From NCBI GenBank assembly GCA_025351745.1, contig JANXVI010000160.1, positions 8,890 through 72,889 on the forward strand: a stretch of 64,000 nt of DNA, given 5' to 3'. How positions within the stretch are numbered: position 1 is the first letter of the stretch; the number at the start of each line of letters is the position of its first letter. A model generated the notes under the pieces. It saw only the letters and a program-made list of their open reading frames with translations. It made no database searches and was not told the DNA's origin. The stretch comes from Rhodoferax sp. (GTDB taxonomy: Bacteria; Pseudomonadota; Gammaproteobacteria; Burkholderiales; Burkholderiaceae_C). Made by a program: the position numbers and the translations under genes. Shown piece by piece: positions 48,634 through 58,500 of this stretch.

Positions 48634-48816
48634 ATGAACAAAGACCAAGCCAAAGGTGCGATAAAAAATGCTGCAGGTAAAGTGCAAGCAGAAGCCGGCA
48701 AGCTCACCGGTAACAAGGAAATGCAAGCCAAGGGTCTGAAAAATCAGCTCGTCGGCAAAGTTCAGAAAACCCTGGGCGACGCCAAAGAAGCCGTTAAAGA
48801 CGCTGGCAAGCATTAA
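48634..48816 (+). CDS. CsbD-family stress protein
   Basis: MNKDQAKG...GKVQAEAGKLTG; AAGGA SD. Confidence 0.88.
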   Translation: MNKDQAKGAIKNAAGKVQAEAGKLTGNKEMQAKGLKNQLVGKVQKTLGDAKEAVKDAGKH

Positions 48817-48924
48817 GCGCTTGAACCATCTTCCGGTGCTTCCCATGGTCGAAATCCGCAAGGATCAAGCCAGCGGTAGCGTAGCGTCCATCGCTGTGCC
48901 AACTCCATTGCCCTGAGGCACCAA

Positions 48925-48956
48925 GACAAACGCCCGGATCAACCGGGCGTTTTGTC
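48925..48956. terminator. Bidirectional terminator between convergent genes
   Basis: GACAAA-CGCCCGG-ATCAA-CCGGGCG-TTTTGTC. Confidence 0.75.
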
Positions 48957-48976
48957 GTGGGCGCTTAAGAAGCTGC

Positions 48977-50098
48977 TTAGCTACGGGGGTCGCCCTGTGC
49001 GTTAACCGGAATGGTCGCTCCGGGCTGTGTTGTCATTTGCACACGGTGCTCGACGCCCCTGAAGTTGTAAGACACATCCCAGAAGGCTGGCGTCGCGTTG
49101 CTGGGTTGCGTATCGCACTTCTGTACGTCGCGCGAGGTTGCCGCTGTGCCGTTTTTGTCACGACCCACATTGGCCCCAATGGCAGCACCGGCCGCCAAAC
49201 CACCGACGGTGGCAATGTCTTTGCCGACGCCGCCACCGACCTGGTGACCGAGAATTCCGCCTACCAGAGCGCCCAATACGGCTCCTCCGACATTAGCGTC
49301 GCCGCGGGTTGCAGCCACTTCTTCACGCTCCATCCAGCAGCGCTTCTCCGGTGTGCCCACTACGGCACGGACCGAAGTCACATTGGCCTCGTAGACGCGC
49401 TCTTCGTTGCGGCGACGGTTGTCGTACACCGGCAGCGGGCCTGGCCCATAGCGGGTGTCTTCGACACTGGCTTCCCGACCCACAGCACGGACCGACGAAA
49501 TGCGGTCATTCATACCCATGGCTGCCAACGATGGATAGCGGCCTGGGTTGAGAACCATGCACCGGCCGTTGAACCGGCTGTCGGTGCACACTTCCCACCG
49601 TTGACCCAGGACGATAACGGACGAGGCGCGGTCATTAAAGCCCGTGTCCGCAAAGTTATCCACTTGATTGCCAGAGGTGAAGGTACGGCCTCTGAAGTTT
49701 TCGTCTTCGTAAAACGTGACTTGGGACGGCAGCGGGGCTGGCACCAAGCGATCGGCAATATCGCGACCATCACGGTCCACCGGCTTGATCGATGAGACCC
49801 GATCGTTCAAACCCATGGAATTCAACGAGGGGTATTGTCCGGGGCGCAGAATCATGCAACGGCCACCGTAACGAAAGTCTTCACAGACTTCCCAACGCGC
49901 ATCGCGGTCTCCGCCCACGATGACAGACGAAGCACGGTCATTAAAACCTGCCCGTTGCATGTTTTCGATTTTTTGCTGGGCCGTGAATGCCCGGCCCTGG
50001 AAATTTTCATTCTCGAAAAAAGTGACCTCAGCAAACGCCTGACCAGCCAGCAAGGCCGCTGCTGCAATCAAAGTCAATCTCAACGCAGTTGTTTTCAT
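48977..50098 (-). CDS. Exported protein with two beta/gamma-crystallin domains and a glycine-zipper C-terminus
   Basis: Duplicated F(F/Y)ExENFxGR...NDRASS...WEVC...YPSL...NDRxSS; GAVLGALVGGILG. Confidence 0.85.
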   Translation of the reverse strand: MKTTALRLTLIAAAALLAGQAFAEVTFFENENFQGRAFTAQQKIENMQRAGFNDRASSVIVGGDRDARWEVCEDFRYGGRCMILRPGQYPSLNSMGLNDRVSSIKPVDRDGRDIADRLVPAPLPSQVTFYEDENFRGRTFTSGNQVDNFADTGFNDRASSVIVLGQRWEVCTDSRFNGRCMVLNPGRYPSLAAMGMNDRISSVRAVGREASVEDTRYGPGPLPVYDNRRRNEERVYEANVTSVRAVVGTPEKRCWMEREEVAATRGDANVGGAVLGALVGGILGHQVGGGVGKDIATVGGLAAGAAIGANVGRDKNGTAATSRDVQKCDTQPSNATPAFWDVSYNFRGVEHRVQMTTQPGATIPVNAQGDPRS

Positions 50099-50127
50099 TG
50101 TTAGCCTCTATTCTTGTTAAAACCCGT

Positions 50128-50172
50128 AGACTAAGCCTCGCCAACACACGCGTCCGTACGGTGGCGAACACA
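50128..50172 (-). promoter_or_regulatory. CRP-like box plus -10
   Basis: TCCGTACG-GTGG-CGAACACA at 50153-50172; TAGTCT at 50133-50128. Confidence 0.72.
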
Positions 50173-50220
50173 AGACCTGGTCGGCGCTTTCCGCCTCCAC
50201 TTCGACCGTTACCTTTGCGA

Positions 50221-50265
50221 TATGTGTGACAGCACACAGCGCTAACCGCCCCCCATCCCTACGAT
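50221..50265 (+). promoter_or_regulatory. CRP-like box plus -10
   Basis: TATGTGTG-ACAG-CACACAGC; TACGAT at 50260. Confidence 0.68.
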
Positions 50266-50347
50266 CAGGTTTTGACGAGCGGCGCAATCGGCACACGGCG
50301 TACATCACCGATATAACAGGGAAATATATATATATACGGCCAAAGGA

Positions 50348-51595
50348 ATGATCCTGGCGGCGGGGCAAGGCACCCGCGTACGACCACTGACCCAAGATTT
50401 GCCCAAGCCTATGGTGCCGATACTGGGGAAGCCCTTGATGGAATACCTGATCGAGCACCTGGCCCGCCATGGCATTACCGAGATCATGGTGAACGTGGCC
50501 TTTCACCACCAACGGATAGAAGAATATTTTGGCGATGGAAGCCGTTGGGGGGTGCAACTGGGCTATGCCTACGAAGGCATACGCGAGAACGGCGACATAC
50601 TTCCCCGCCCTCTGGGTTCGGCGGGTGGCATGCGCCGTATCCAGGACTTTGGTGGATTTTTCGACGAGACCACTTTGGTGCTGTGTGGCGATGCGTTGAT
50701 CGACCTGGACATCACCGCCGCACTGGCCGAACACAAGAAAAAAGGCGCGGTCGCCAGCGTGGTGGCACTCAATGTGCCCAGCAGCGATGTGCAGTCTTAC
50801 GGCATCGTGGTGGCAGACGATTTGGGGCGCATCCAGTCGTTCCAGGAGAAGCCCACACCCACAGAAGCCCAGTCCACTTTGGCCAGCACCGGCATTTACC
50901 TCTTTGAACCCGAAGTGCTGAACAGGGTGCCATCGGACACGGTGTACGACATCGGTTCCCAGCTATTCCCACAGCTGGTTGCTGACAAAGTTCCGTTCTA
51001 TGTGCAAAACCGTCCCTTCAATTGGCTGGATATCGGCCGGGTCAGCGACTACTGGTCTGTGCTGCAGCGCGTTTTAAACGGTGAGATCGATTACATGAAG
51101 ATGCCCGGGCGCGAGATTCGGCCGGGCGTGTGGGTGGGGTTGAACACGTCTATTGCGTGGAACGACGTGCGCATTGAAGGCCCTGTTTACATTGGCTCCA
51201 ACGTGCGCATCGAGCCCGGCGCCTCCATCGTCGGGCCTGCATGGATCGGACACGGCAGCCTGGTGCGCTCCGGTGCGGGCGTTACCCGCAGCGTGCTGTT
51301 TGAGTACACCCGCATCGCAGCAGACATGCACGTCAATGAAATGATCGTCTCGCGCCACTACTGTGTCAACCGGAAGGGAGAAACATCGTACCAAGGCGAC
51401 GAAGCCACACCCCTGCGCTGGGGCGATGCACGGGCCGAAACCTTGCACCCCACCAAATCAGCTGCCTGGCCCAAGTCCCGTACGTTGAGCCTGGTAAACA
51501 ATCGGCCCATGCTGGCAGGCACCCACGTCGCACCTCTATCGCGCAATGGAACCAGGGGCTTGGGGGCCACCTCCGGGTCTTCCCCGGTGGGCTGA
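50348..51595 (+). CDS. NDP-sugar pyrophosphorylase, CugP-like
   Basis: ILAAGQGTRVRP...PKPM, LGSAGG, LCGDALID, EKP, hexapeptide-repeat C-terminal domain. Confidence 0.82.
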   Translation: MILAAGQGTRVRPLTQDLPKPMVPILGKPLMEYLIEHLARHGITEIMVNVAFHHQRIEEYFGDGSRWGVQLGYAYEGIRENGDILPRPLGSAGGMRRIQDFGGFFDETTLVLCGDALIDLDITAALAEHKKKGAVASVVALNVPSSDVQSYGIVVADDLGRIQSFQEKPTPTEAQSTLASTGIYLFEPEVLNRVPSDTVYDIGSQLFPQLVADKVPFYVQNRPFNWLDIGRVSDYWSVLQRVLNGEIDYMKMPGREIRPGVWVGLNTSIAWNDVRIEGPVYIGSNVRIEPGASIVGPAWIGHGSLVRSGAGVTRSVLFEYTRIAADMHVNEMIVSRHYCVNRKGETSYQGDEATPLRWGDARAETLHPTKSAAWPKSRTLSLVNNRPMLAGTHVAPLSRNGTRGLGATSGSSPVG

Positions 51596-51736
51596 TCCCA
51601 GCAAAAAACTGTTGCGTTCACGTGGCGTTGTGCAGCGCCTACTGATTAGCGCGATGAAAGCTTGCAACGCCAACAATAGAAACTGGGCGCACGTTGGCGC
51701 CCAGCTCTGGTCTTGCCGCTGTTGCGGTAGATGAGA

Positions 51737-51961
51737 TTATTTTGGTTTTGCTACTTCGTGACCAATGGCGCCACCGACCGCTGCACCTGCCGCCACGCCG
51801 ACAACACCACCGCCCAACACGGCACCCGCAGTGCCGCCAACCACGGCTCCGGTTGCAGTGCCACGCTCTTGATTGGTCATGCCCGCGCAACCACCGAGGC
51901 CCAAGGCCGAGACCAGCAACACAGCAGGCAATACTGCAAAAATTCTGTTATTCAAATTCAT
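51737..51961 (-). CDS. OsmB-like glycine-zipper lipoprotein
   Basis: Lipobox LGGC followed by GxxxG repeats; GGAG SD. Confidence 0.8.
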   Translation of the reverse strand: MNLNNRIFAVLPAVLLVSALGLGGCAGMTNQERGTATGAVVGGTAGAVLGGGVVGVAAGAAVGGAIGHEVAKPK

Positions 51962-52031
51962 GGTGAATCTCCAAAAAGAAGGACTACGACAAACCGCAGA
52001 GCGCCATGCGCTGACCCACGGAAGAACTTCT

Positions 52032-52076
52032 ATTGTGGTCTCGTTGCATTGGGCCTTCTGTGCGTCGGCGCACGGA
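52032..52076 (-). promoter_or_regulatory. CRP-like box plus -10
   Basis: TCTGTGCG-TCGG-CGCACGGA at 52057-52076; CACAAT at 52037-52032. Confidence 0.75.
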
Positions 52077-52096
52077 CGGATGTCAAATGACGATTA

Positions 52097-52153
52097 TTGC
52101 TATATATTTGAGAGCAGCAAACTAATATTCGACGAGGGCTAGGGCCCTATTTC
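52097..52153 (+). repeat. R1 repeat copy
   Basis: TTGCTATATATTTGAGAGC...CGACGAGGGCTAGGGCCCTATTT. Confidence 0.8.
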
Positions 52154-52170
52154 ACAACGGCGCCCTGCTG

Positions 52171-52215
52171 GAAGTGCGCTACCGAACGGAGCGGGCGCCG
52201 CGCTTTCGCTACGCT
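52171..52215 (+). promoter_or_regulatory. CRP-like box plus -10 for the signalling operon
   Basis: GAAGTGCG-CTAC-CGAACGGA; TACGCT at 52210. Confidence 0.7.
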
Positions 52216-52259
52216 TCACGGATCGTTGTCCATTGCCATCGCATCCTTAATCTCTAACA

Positions 52260-55200
52260 TTGCGCCAGTGGATGCGCGCGCAGCGGTCCGACCAAAAGAC
52301 GAACACGAAAGCAAAACCTTTGAAAACCACCCGCAGACCGTTTGTCTGGCTCATGGCTGTGTTCGTGCTTATGTCCTTGGGTGTCGTTTTTACCTTCTGG
52401 TCGTACAGCCAGATCGAACAGGCCTCCAACCACCGCCGGGATTCGCGCATTACGATCAGAGCCGCCGACCAGCTGGTGTCGACGCTGACCACGGCCGAAA
52501 CCAGCCAGCGCGGATATGCACTCACCGGTGGCCAACCGTATCTGGCACCCTACCAGGGCATCCGCGACAACATCAAGGCTCACCTGGCCGTGCTACGCCA
52601 GCTGACCACCAGCACAGCCGCCCAGCACCATGTGGATGCCGTTGAGCCCCTGCTCGATGCCAAATTGGCGGAAATGGACAAAACCATCGCTCTGCGGCGC
52701 GACCATGATGCGGTGGGCGCGCTTGCGCTGATCAATAACGACGAAGGCCAGCGCCTGATGGACGCCATCCGCAAAGAAATGCAAGCTGCCGTCCAGATAG
52801 AGACCGATATCCAGACCCAGCACGATGCGCAGTTCGATGCGAGCATGCGCCGCCTGTTTTCCGTCATCATCGCCATCGGCGTGATGGCCTTGTTGCTGAC
52901 ACTGTATGTCGCCTATTCCAGTTACCGCGCGATCCAGCAGCGCCTGAAAAACCTGGTGCACACAAAAACGGAGCGTCTGCTCACCGAGCAAATTGGCACC
53001 AACGCAGCGCTGCAAACCAGCAACGACGCACTGCAGGACAGCGCGCAAAAACTCACCATCACGCTCAACTCAATCGGCGACGGCGTCATCGCCACCGACG
53101 CGCATGCCTGTGTGACGCTGCTGAACCCGGTGGCCGAAGACCTGACGGGCTGGACGCACACGCAAGCACTGGGCCGCCCCATCACCGAGGTGTTGAAGGT
53201 CGTCAGCAAAGGCGATCGCCACATGGTCACTATTCCGGTGGCCGCGGCCTTGGAGAGCGGCACCAAACAGAGCCTGAGCAACCACACAGTGCTGATTGCG
53301 CGCGATGGCCGCGAGTTCGACATTGCCGACAGTTGCGCCCCGGTGCGTGACCTGCAGGGCCAGGTAGTGGGGGCTGTGCTGGTGATCCGTAACGTGAGCG
53401 CCGAATACGCCGCGCAGCAAACCCTGCGCGACAGCGCTGCCCGCCTGCAGGCTATCTTCAACACGGCGGGCGAAGGTATTGTGACGATGCATGCGCTGGG
53501 CGGCATCATCGAATCCACCAACCCGGCCATTGAGCACATGTTTGGCTACAGTGCGGACGAGCTTCAGGGCAAAGCCTTTGACTTTTTGATACCCGAGCTG
53601 GACCAGGAGCAGCACCATGTGGCGCTGGAGCACTACAGTGCCAGCGACGCAGATCGCGCCATGGGCCACTCCCGCGAGGTCATGGGGTTTCGCAAGGACG
53701 GCAGCTTCTTTCCACTAGAGATCACGGTGAGCGACATGTTGCTCGGCGAGCACCACTACTTCACCGGCATCGTGCGCGACATCAGCGCCCGCAAGAAGGC
53801 TGAAGAAGCGCTACGTGAGGCCGACGCCCTGCAGTTCGCCATTTTCAGCAGCGCCAACTTCACTTGCATCGCCACTGACGCCCAGGGCATCATCCAGATT
53901 GTCAACTTGGGAGCCGAGCGGATGTTGGGCTACACGGCCGCCGAAATGGTCCACCAACTCACGCCGGCCGATCTGGCAGAGCCCAAAGACCTTGTGGCTC
54001 GGGCCAAGTCGCTGGGTGCGGAGCTGGACGCAGATATCGCTTCCGGATTCGAGGCCCTGGCCTACAAGGCGTCCCGCGGCATGGAAGACATTTACGAACT
54101 GAGCTTCATCCGCAAGGACGGTACCCGCCTGCCCGCTCACGTATCGGTCTCCGCGCTGCGGGGTGACGACAACTCCATCATTGGCTACCTGCTGATTGGC
54201 ACCGACAACAGTGCCCGCAAACTGGCCGAGGCCGAGCGCATACAGCTCGACCGCGCCTTGCAACTCAAAAACTGGGAACTGGAGGCCGCACGGGCTACCG
54301 CCGACAAGGCCAATATGGCCAAGTCCGAGTTCTTGTCCAGCATGAGCCACGAATTGCGCTCGCCGCTCAACGCCATTTTGGGCTTCGCCCAATTGATGGA
54401 CTCTGGCGTGCCACCGCCCACCACCACGCAGCGCGGCAGCATCCAGCAGATTCTGAAGGCGGGCTGGTACCTGCTGGAGTTGATCAACGAGATACTGGAC
54501 TTGGCACTGATCGAATCGGGCAAGTTGTCCATGTCCATGGAGCCGGTGTCGCTGCAAGGGGTGCTGCGCGATTGCCAGACCATGATCGAGCCGCAGGCCA
54601 GCAAGCGCGGCATCCAGATGCGCTTCCCCACTTTCAGGGCACCTTGTTATGTACAGGCCGACCGCACCCGGGTGAAGCAGGTGTTTGTGAACCTGCTGAC
54701 CAACGCCATCAAGTACAACCGCCAGGATGGCTCTCTGGACGTTACCTTCCGGCCTGCCGGCAAGACGCGCATGCACATCAGCGTGCGCGACACCGGCGAA
54801 GGTCTGTCTGCCAATAAGCTGGCCCAGTTGTTCCAGCCCTTCAACCGCCTGGGCCAGGAGGGCAGCGACGAAGAAGGCACCGGCATTGGCCTGGTGGTGA
54901 GTAAACGGCTGGTGGAGCTGATGGGTGGCAGCATTGGCGCGCACAGCACGGTGGGCGTAGGCAGCGATTTCTGGATCGAGCTGAACCTGGCAGACCCCCA
55001 CTCCCTGATTCTGGATACAGCGGAGGAACTGGCACTACTCCCCGGCCCGGCGCCGCACGGCACCAAAATGCGCACCTTGCTGTATGTAGAAGACAACGAA
55101 GCCAACATGGAGCTGGTGGCGCAGTTGATAGAGCGCAGGCCCGATATACGCATGCTGCGCGCCGAAGACGGTGTGCGCGGCATCGCCATGGCGCGCACCC

Positions 55201-55469
55201 ACCTGCCAGACGTGATCCTGATGGACATCAACCTGCCCGGCATCAGCGGCCTGCAGGCACTGGGTCTGCTGCACGACGACCCCATGACCACCCACATACC
55301 CGTGCTGGCGCTCAGCGCCAACGCCATGCCTCGCGATGTGGAGAAGGGACTGGAGGCCGGTTTCTTCCGCTACCTGACCAAGCCCATCAAGATTGCCGAG
55401 TTCTTGCTGGCGCTAGACAATGGCTTGGAACAGGCCCAAGCCAATTCCGAGCAGAACATAACTGCATAA
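52260..55469 (+). CDS. Hybrid histidine kinase: CHASE3, 3 PAS, HisKA, HATPase, REC
   Basis: AETSQRGY (CHASE3), three PAS units, MSHELRSPL, EGTGIGL, LLYVEDN...LMDINLPG; start approximate. Confidence 0.9.
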   Translation: MRQWMRAQRSDQKTNTKAKPLKTTRRPFVWLMAVFVLMSLGVVFTFWSYSQIEQASNHRRDSRITIRAADQLVSTLTTAETSQRGYALTGGQPYLAPYQGIRDNIKAHLAVLRQLTTSTAAQHHVDAVEPLLDAKLAEMDKTIALRRDHDAVGALALINNDEGQRLMDAIRKEMQAAVQIETDIQTQHDAQFDASMRRLFSVIIAIGVMALLLTLYVAYSSYRAIQQRLKNLVHTKTERLLTEQIGTNAALQTSNDALQDSAQKLTITLNSIGDGVIATDAHACVTLLNPVAEDLTGWTHTQALGRPITEVLKVVSKGDRHMVTIPVAAALESGTKQSLSNHTVLIARDGREFDIADSCAPVRDLQGQVVGAVLVIRNVSAEYAAQQTLRDSAARLQAIFNTAGEGIVTMHALGGIIESTNPAIEHMFGYSADELQGKAFDFLIPELDQEQHHVALEHYSASDADRAMGHSREVMGFRKDGSFFPLEITVSDMLLGEHHYFTGIVRDISARKKAEEALREADALQFAIFSSANFTCIATDAQGIIQIVNLGAERMLGYTAAEMVHQLTPADLAEPKDLVARAKSLGAELDADIASGFEALAYKASRGMEDIYELSFIRKDGTRLPAHVSVSALRGDDNSIIGYLLIGTDNSARKLAEAERIQLDRALQLKNWELEAARATADKANMAKSEFLSSMSHELRSPLNAILGFAQLMDSGVPPPTTTQRGSIQQILKAGWYLLELINEILDLALIESGKLSMSMEPVSLQGVLRDCQTMIEPQASKRGIQMRFPTFRAPCYVQADRTRVKQVFVNLLTNAIKYNRQDGSLDVTFRPAGKTRMHISVRDTGEGLSANKLAQLFQPFNRLGQEGSDEEGTGIGLVVSKRLVELMGGSIGAHSTVGVGSDFWIELNLADPHSLILDTAEELALLPGPAPHGTKMRTLLYVEDNEANMELVAQLIERRPDIRMLRAEDGVRGIAMARTHLPDVILMDINLPGISGLQALGLLHDDPMTTHIPVLALSANAMPRDVEKGLEAGFFRYLTKPIKIAEFLLALDNGLEQAQANSEQNITA

Positions 55470-55521
55470 TAGGCCGCTAGCCCTCGCCAATATTACGCAA
55501 GCAGCTATTAATTCAGGAGCA
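55468..55521 (-). repeat. R1 repeat copy between the kinase and cheBR
   Basis: AATAGGCCGCTAGCCCTCGCC...GCTATTAATTCAGGAGCA; its AGGAG lies just before TTG 55528. Confidence 0.78.
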
Positions 55522-55527
55522 GTTCAT

Positions 55528-58500
55528 TTGACAACGTCGGCTACACCAGATGCGACACCGCCCACTACCTTCCCGATTGTGGGCATTGGTGCCTCCGCCG
55601 GGGGGCTGGCGGCATTTTCCGCATTCTTCTCGGGCATGCCTGCCGTGGGCGAACCCGGTATGGCCTTTGTGCTGGTGCAGCACCTGGCACCCCACCATGA
55701 CAGCATGCTGACCGAGTTGATCCAGCGCACCACCCGCTTGAAGGTGATTGAGGTGGAAGATGGCATGGTGGTGCATATCAACTGTGTCTACATCATCCCG
55801 CCCAACCGCGACATGGCGTTCTTGAATGGCGCCCTGCATTTGCTGGAGCCCACGGCGGCGCGCGGCCACCGCCTGCCGATTGACTACCTGTTTCGCTCGC
55901 TGGCACAAGACCAGCATGAGCGAGCCATTGGCATCGTGCTGTCCGGCACGGGCAGCGACGGCACGATGGGCGTGCGGGCCATCAAAGACTGTGGCGGCAT
56001 GGTCATGGCGCAAAACTTGGCGTCGTGCGAGTTTGACTCCATGCCGCGCAGCGCCCTGGTCACCGGCTTTGTGGACTACGAGCTGCCCCCGGCTGAAATG
56101 GCGGCTCAGCTCATCGCGTACACCACCCATGCGTTTGGCAACGCGCCGCGGGCAGTGGCCGCCATCCTGCCACTGTCTGAGAATGCGTTGAAAAAAATCT
56201 TCATCCTGCTGCGGGCGCAGACCGGACACGATTTTTCGCACTACAAACCCACCACCATCTACCGCCGCATTGAGCGCCGCATGGCCGTTCACCAGATTGA
56301 GGCGCTGGACAGCTACGTGCTGTATCTGCAAAAAACTCCACAAGAAGTAGAGGCCCTTTTCAGGCACATGCTGATTGGCGTGACTAATTTTTTCCGCGAC
56401 CCCGAAGCCTTTGCTGCGCTGGAGGCGCAGGTCATTCCCAAGCTGTTTGAAGGCAAGGACTCGGGTGGTGTCATACGCGCATGGACCACCGGCTGCTCCA
56501 CCGGCGAGGAGGCGTATTCCATCGCCATCCTGTTGCAAGAGCGGCTGGAGGCGCTTAAGCAAAACTACCGCATCCAGGTTTTTGCCACCGATCTTGACAG
56601 CCGCGCCATTGCCGTGGCGCGCGCTGGCGTCTACCCGGCCAGCGTTGCCGACGACATCACGCCCGAGCGGTTGGGGCGTTTCTTCACGCAGGAGCCGGGC
56701 GGTGGCTATCGCGTCCACAAGGGCATACGCGACTTGCTGGTGTTCTCGGAACAAGACCTGATCAAGGACCCGCCGTTTTCTAAACTCGACCTGATCAGCT
56801 GCCGCAACCTGTTGATCTATCTGGGTGCAGACTTGCAGAAGAAGCTGATCTCGCTGTTCCACTACGCGCTCAACCCCGGCGGCATGTTGTTCCTGGGCAC
56901 GTCGGAGACCGTGGGCGAGTTTGGCGACCTGTTTGCGACGGTGGAGCGCAAGGCCAAGCTGTTCCAGCGCAAAGAAGACTTTCGGGGCGCGCAACGCGCA
57001 GCCTTGGGTCGCTTTTTATCACTCCCCGTGCAAAAGGACGCCAGCCCCCCACTGGCTTTTGGCGGCTCGGCCCTCGTCGTCAAATTGTCCTTGCGGGAGT
57101 TGACCGAGCAAGCTTTGCTGCAACAGATGGACAAGGTGGCGGCACTGGTCAACGCCCAAGGTGACGTGCTTTTTTTGCACGGTCGCTCAGGCATGTACCT
57201 GGAGCCAGCCCCTGGCGAGGCAGGCATTAGCAACATTTTGAAGATGGCGCGCGATGGCCTGCGCCGCGACCTGACCACCAGCTTGCACAAAGCGGTCAAC
57301 AGCAAAGAACGCATCAGCGTGTCGGGCCTGCGCGTGAAAACCAATGGGCACCACACCCTGGTTAATTTCACTATCTGCCCGATCACGCAGGATTCAGCGG
57401 CCACTCTGGAGGCCCCTCTTTATGTGGTGATTCTGGAACAAGCCCCCACTACAGCAGCGCCTGCAAATGCTCCGCTGGCCTTGCCCAAAGCTGCTACGAG
57501 CCAGGCCCTTAACCTGGACGCGGAGGCGCAGATTGCAAAACTGAACGAAGAGCTACAGGCCAAAGAAGAATACCTGCATGCGGCCAACGAGGAGTTGGAG
57601 ACGGCCAACGAGGAACTTAAATCATCCAACGAAGAAATGCAGTCGGTGAACGAAGAGCTGCAGTCCAGCAACGAAGAAATGGAGACGTCCAAGGAAGAGC
57701 TGCAATCGATCAACGAAGAGCTCACCACCGTCAACGCCGAGCTGCAGACCAAGGTGGGAGACTTGTCGCGGGCCAATAACGACATGAACAACCTGCTGGC
57801 GGGCACCGGCATTGCCACCATTTTTGTGGACCACGGTCTGCGCATCCTGCGCTTCACCCCGGCCGCCACGCTGATCGTCAACCTGATACTGAGCGATGTG
57901 GGACGCCCGGTGGGCCACATCGTGTCCAACCTGGTGGGGTATAGCGCACTGGTGTCAGACGCCCAGGCGGTGCTAAACACCCTGATTCCCAAAGAGGTGG
58001 ATGTGCAGAACACCGAGGGTAAGTTCTTCACCATGCGCATCCTGCCCTACCGCACGCTGGACAATGTGATTGAGGGTGTGGTGATTACCTTCGTCGATAT
58101 CACCGAAGTCATGCGCTCCCGCGAGGCCCTGCGCAAGGCCAACGAGTTGTTGCGCCTGGCCGTGGTGGTGCGTGACGCCACAGACGCCATCACCGTGCAA
58201 GACCTGGACGGCCGCATCATCGCCTGGAACCCCGGCGCCACCTGCATGTATGGCTGGGCGGTGGAAGAAGCGCTGAAAATGAATGTGCGCGAACGCATTC
58301 CCAGCGTCAACCACAACAGCGCCTTGGCCAAGGTGCACCAGCTTAGCCAGGCGCAAGCCCTGGAGCCGTACGCCACACAACGGCTGACCAAGGGTGGGCA
58401 GGTACTGGAGGTTTCATTGACCTCCACCGCGTTGGTGAATGAGGAGGGCGAGATGTATGCCATCGCCACCACAGAACGCAGCAACCACTCCGCCAGCGCG

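Noticed and set aside
53811-56994. Long antisense ORFs (53811-55001, 55513-56994; likewise 40246-41310 and 26018-26917)
   Set aside because: Shadow frames of well-supported genes in GC-rich DNA, with no recognisable motifs.
57540-57745. AACGAAGAGCTG-type DNA repeats as an independent repeat element
   Set aside because: They simply encode the NEEL heptads of the CheBR coiled coil.
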